From the NCBI GenBank assembly GCA_964016885.1, contig OZ024740.1, forward strand, positions 330,274,001 through 330,338,000: 64,000 nt of DNA, in the 5' to 3' direction. Shown piece after piece: positions 62,205-64,000 of this stretch. The translations under genes and the position numbers were made by a program. Position 1 is the first letter of the stretch. Every line of letters starts with the position of its first letter. This DNA comes from Eledone cirrhosa. Lineage: Eukaryota. A model generated the notes under the pieces. It was not told where the DNA came from. It saw only the letters and a program-made list of their open reading frames with translations, and searched no databases.

Positions 62205-62310
62205 TTTTATTTCCAAAACACCATTCTCACAAAGGACCTTCCAATATCCACCAATACTTCATTTGCACATCCATCAACCTTGCCTATGCTCTTCGGTGTT
62301 CCTAATATCA
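62205..62310 (+). mobile_element. Small Penelope-like linker/GIY fragment
   Basis: NIHQYFICTSINLAYALRCS resembles the PLE motif FTCxSxNxIYxIxC. Confidence 0.45.
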
Positions 62311-62766
62311 CAACGTTACAACTACCTCAAATAACCCATCACTAGGATAAGTATAATTAAATGCTCACTCACACACATTACTAAGTTTTGCAAGCACAAC
62401 GTAAGACACTAACAATAAGATTAATAAAATAAACACAAAATTAACAAAATACGTATTATATGTTCATTGAAGTTGAACACCTAAGCTGCTTGTCACATAG
62501 TAAGCAGTAGTTCATGTGGCGACGATCATTTTAATTAGATGACATCGGTCTCGTAAACATCAGTGGCATCGCAGATGATCGATCATTAATTTGGAAATAG
62601 GTTGGCAAAACTTCTCCAGATAGTGGAGAAATATATGAGTATGGAGGTGTGGCGAGCTACATATATTCTAGCCATTAAAAAAAAAGCTAAATGCTTCAGT
62701 TTTTTTAGAGGCATGGCTCAAGAAAATGTAGAGTCTATGGGCGTGCAGGAGAGATTATGTATTCGC

Positions 62767-62805
<39 letters not shown>

Positions 62806-62811
62806 ATTATT

Positions 62812-63012
62812 AGGGCGGTGGATTGGCAGTATCGGTAGAGGGTCGGACGCCATGCTTTGACGTATAGAGTTACGACCCTTGTCATTCTGAGTTCAAATCC
62901 CGCCGAGGTAAACTTTGCCTTTCATTCTTACGGGGTCGATAAAATAAAGTACCAGTAATGTACTGGTTAATTGTGGCCTTGTGCCAAAAGTAGAAACAAT
63001 TATTATTATTAA
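62812..63012 (+). mobile_element. Full-length tRNA-derived SINE (OK-like) inside a (TTA)n tract
   Basis: Preceded by (tta)~14. Has A and B boxes and the core, and ends agaaaca(att)n. Confidence 0.88.
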
Positions 63013-63919
63013 TATTTTTTTTATTTTTATATAGTTCTTTATCCTGAAAAACTATACTGAAATGTATTCTACTTAAAAGAACGCAGTTTCTTTTGTATAT
63101 AGTAGATTATATATTATTAAATTGATCCTTCATTGTGCAGGACAGTACTTAATGATTTGATGAATTATGTTAGCAATTTCAAAAGGATGACGTCACTGCT
63201 TTAGGCTGAAAATATTCTACTCTTCTTTCTTGATGTGGTTTCTATTTAGTGAATAGCAAAGCAGCAGTTATAACTGTGTTTGAGCATGACAAAGAGGCAA
63301 AGGCATCGCCGTGAGTAATTGGCAGCAACACCAGCTGTAAAAAGCATCCCATCTCACGCGGCTCCTTCCTCAAATGGTATGCTGCCATTCCAATTGTTCC
63401 GCCTAGTAATGTAATTTATCATATTTTCAATTATTTTCTTATATTTTATTTCATATTAATTCAATTTAGAATCAGAAGTTGCAATCAGGAGATGCGAATG
63501 TTTGATGTCCTCTAGAAAAAATATAGGTGTTTCCTTTTCATGAAACATTTATATAGCCTGATCTGTGAAAATTAATCAAATTTTTGAAATTCAGAAGTAA
63601 ATTCAATTCCTGGGATATTATTGAGAAACATATTTGCATCGCGATAAAGCATTTTGAAGGGAATTGCAATAAATACTTGAAATAATTCGTGGCACATTGA
63701 AATAAATTCATAGAGGTATAAATAGAAATCTTATATAAATCATAACCGAATCGATTTTGATTTTAGAATCCTGGTCGGGTTTGGCGCTCAATATTAAAAG
63801 AACCAAAGGAAGCTAATAATAAGCAATGCCATCTGAAAGAATATTTTTCAGACAATCATGTAAAAAAACCTTGCAATCATGAACATCAACACAATCATTC
63901 TCATCCTAATCTCCGTTAT

Positions 63920-64000
<81 letters not shown>

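Overview
This is AT-rich, microsatellite-dense animal genomic DNA. The SINEs resemble cephalopod (Octopus-type) families, but the organism is inferred, not established. No host gene can be called with confidence, and the window is almost entirely mobile DNA. Its centre (~28.9-55.2 kb) is a ~26 kb nest of non-LTR retrotransposons. Five head-to-tail Tx1/L1-clade LINE copies lie on +, each ending in an (ATT)n tail. From the second copy on, each begins directly after an (ATT)n tract. An R4/Dong-type restriction-like-endonuclease element sits in the same (TTA)n lattice in the opposite orientation, and a diverged sixth Tx1 3' fragment follows the array. The last full copy has two intact ORFs and a near-identical ORF2, but a different 5'UTR and ORF1 (module swap). 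The ORF1/ORF2 junction carries a conserved hairpin and a possible in-frame micro-intron. The flanks hold Penelope-like elements with several hammerhead ribozyme motifs (two with unusually long stem II), RTE, Tigger and Helitron relics, tRNA-derived SINEs, a ~760 bp foldback and a ~495 bp tandem repeat. All coordinates were read by eye, so element ends are approximate.
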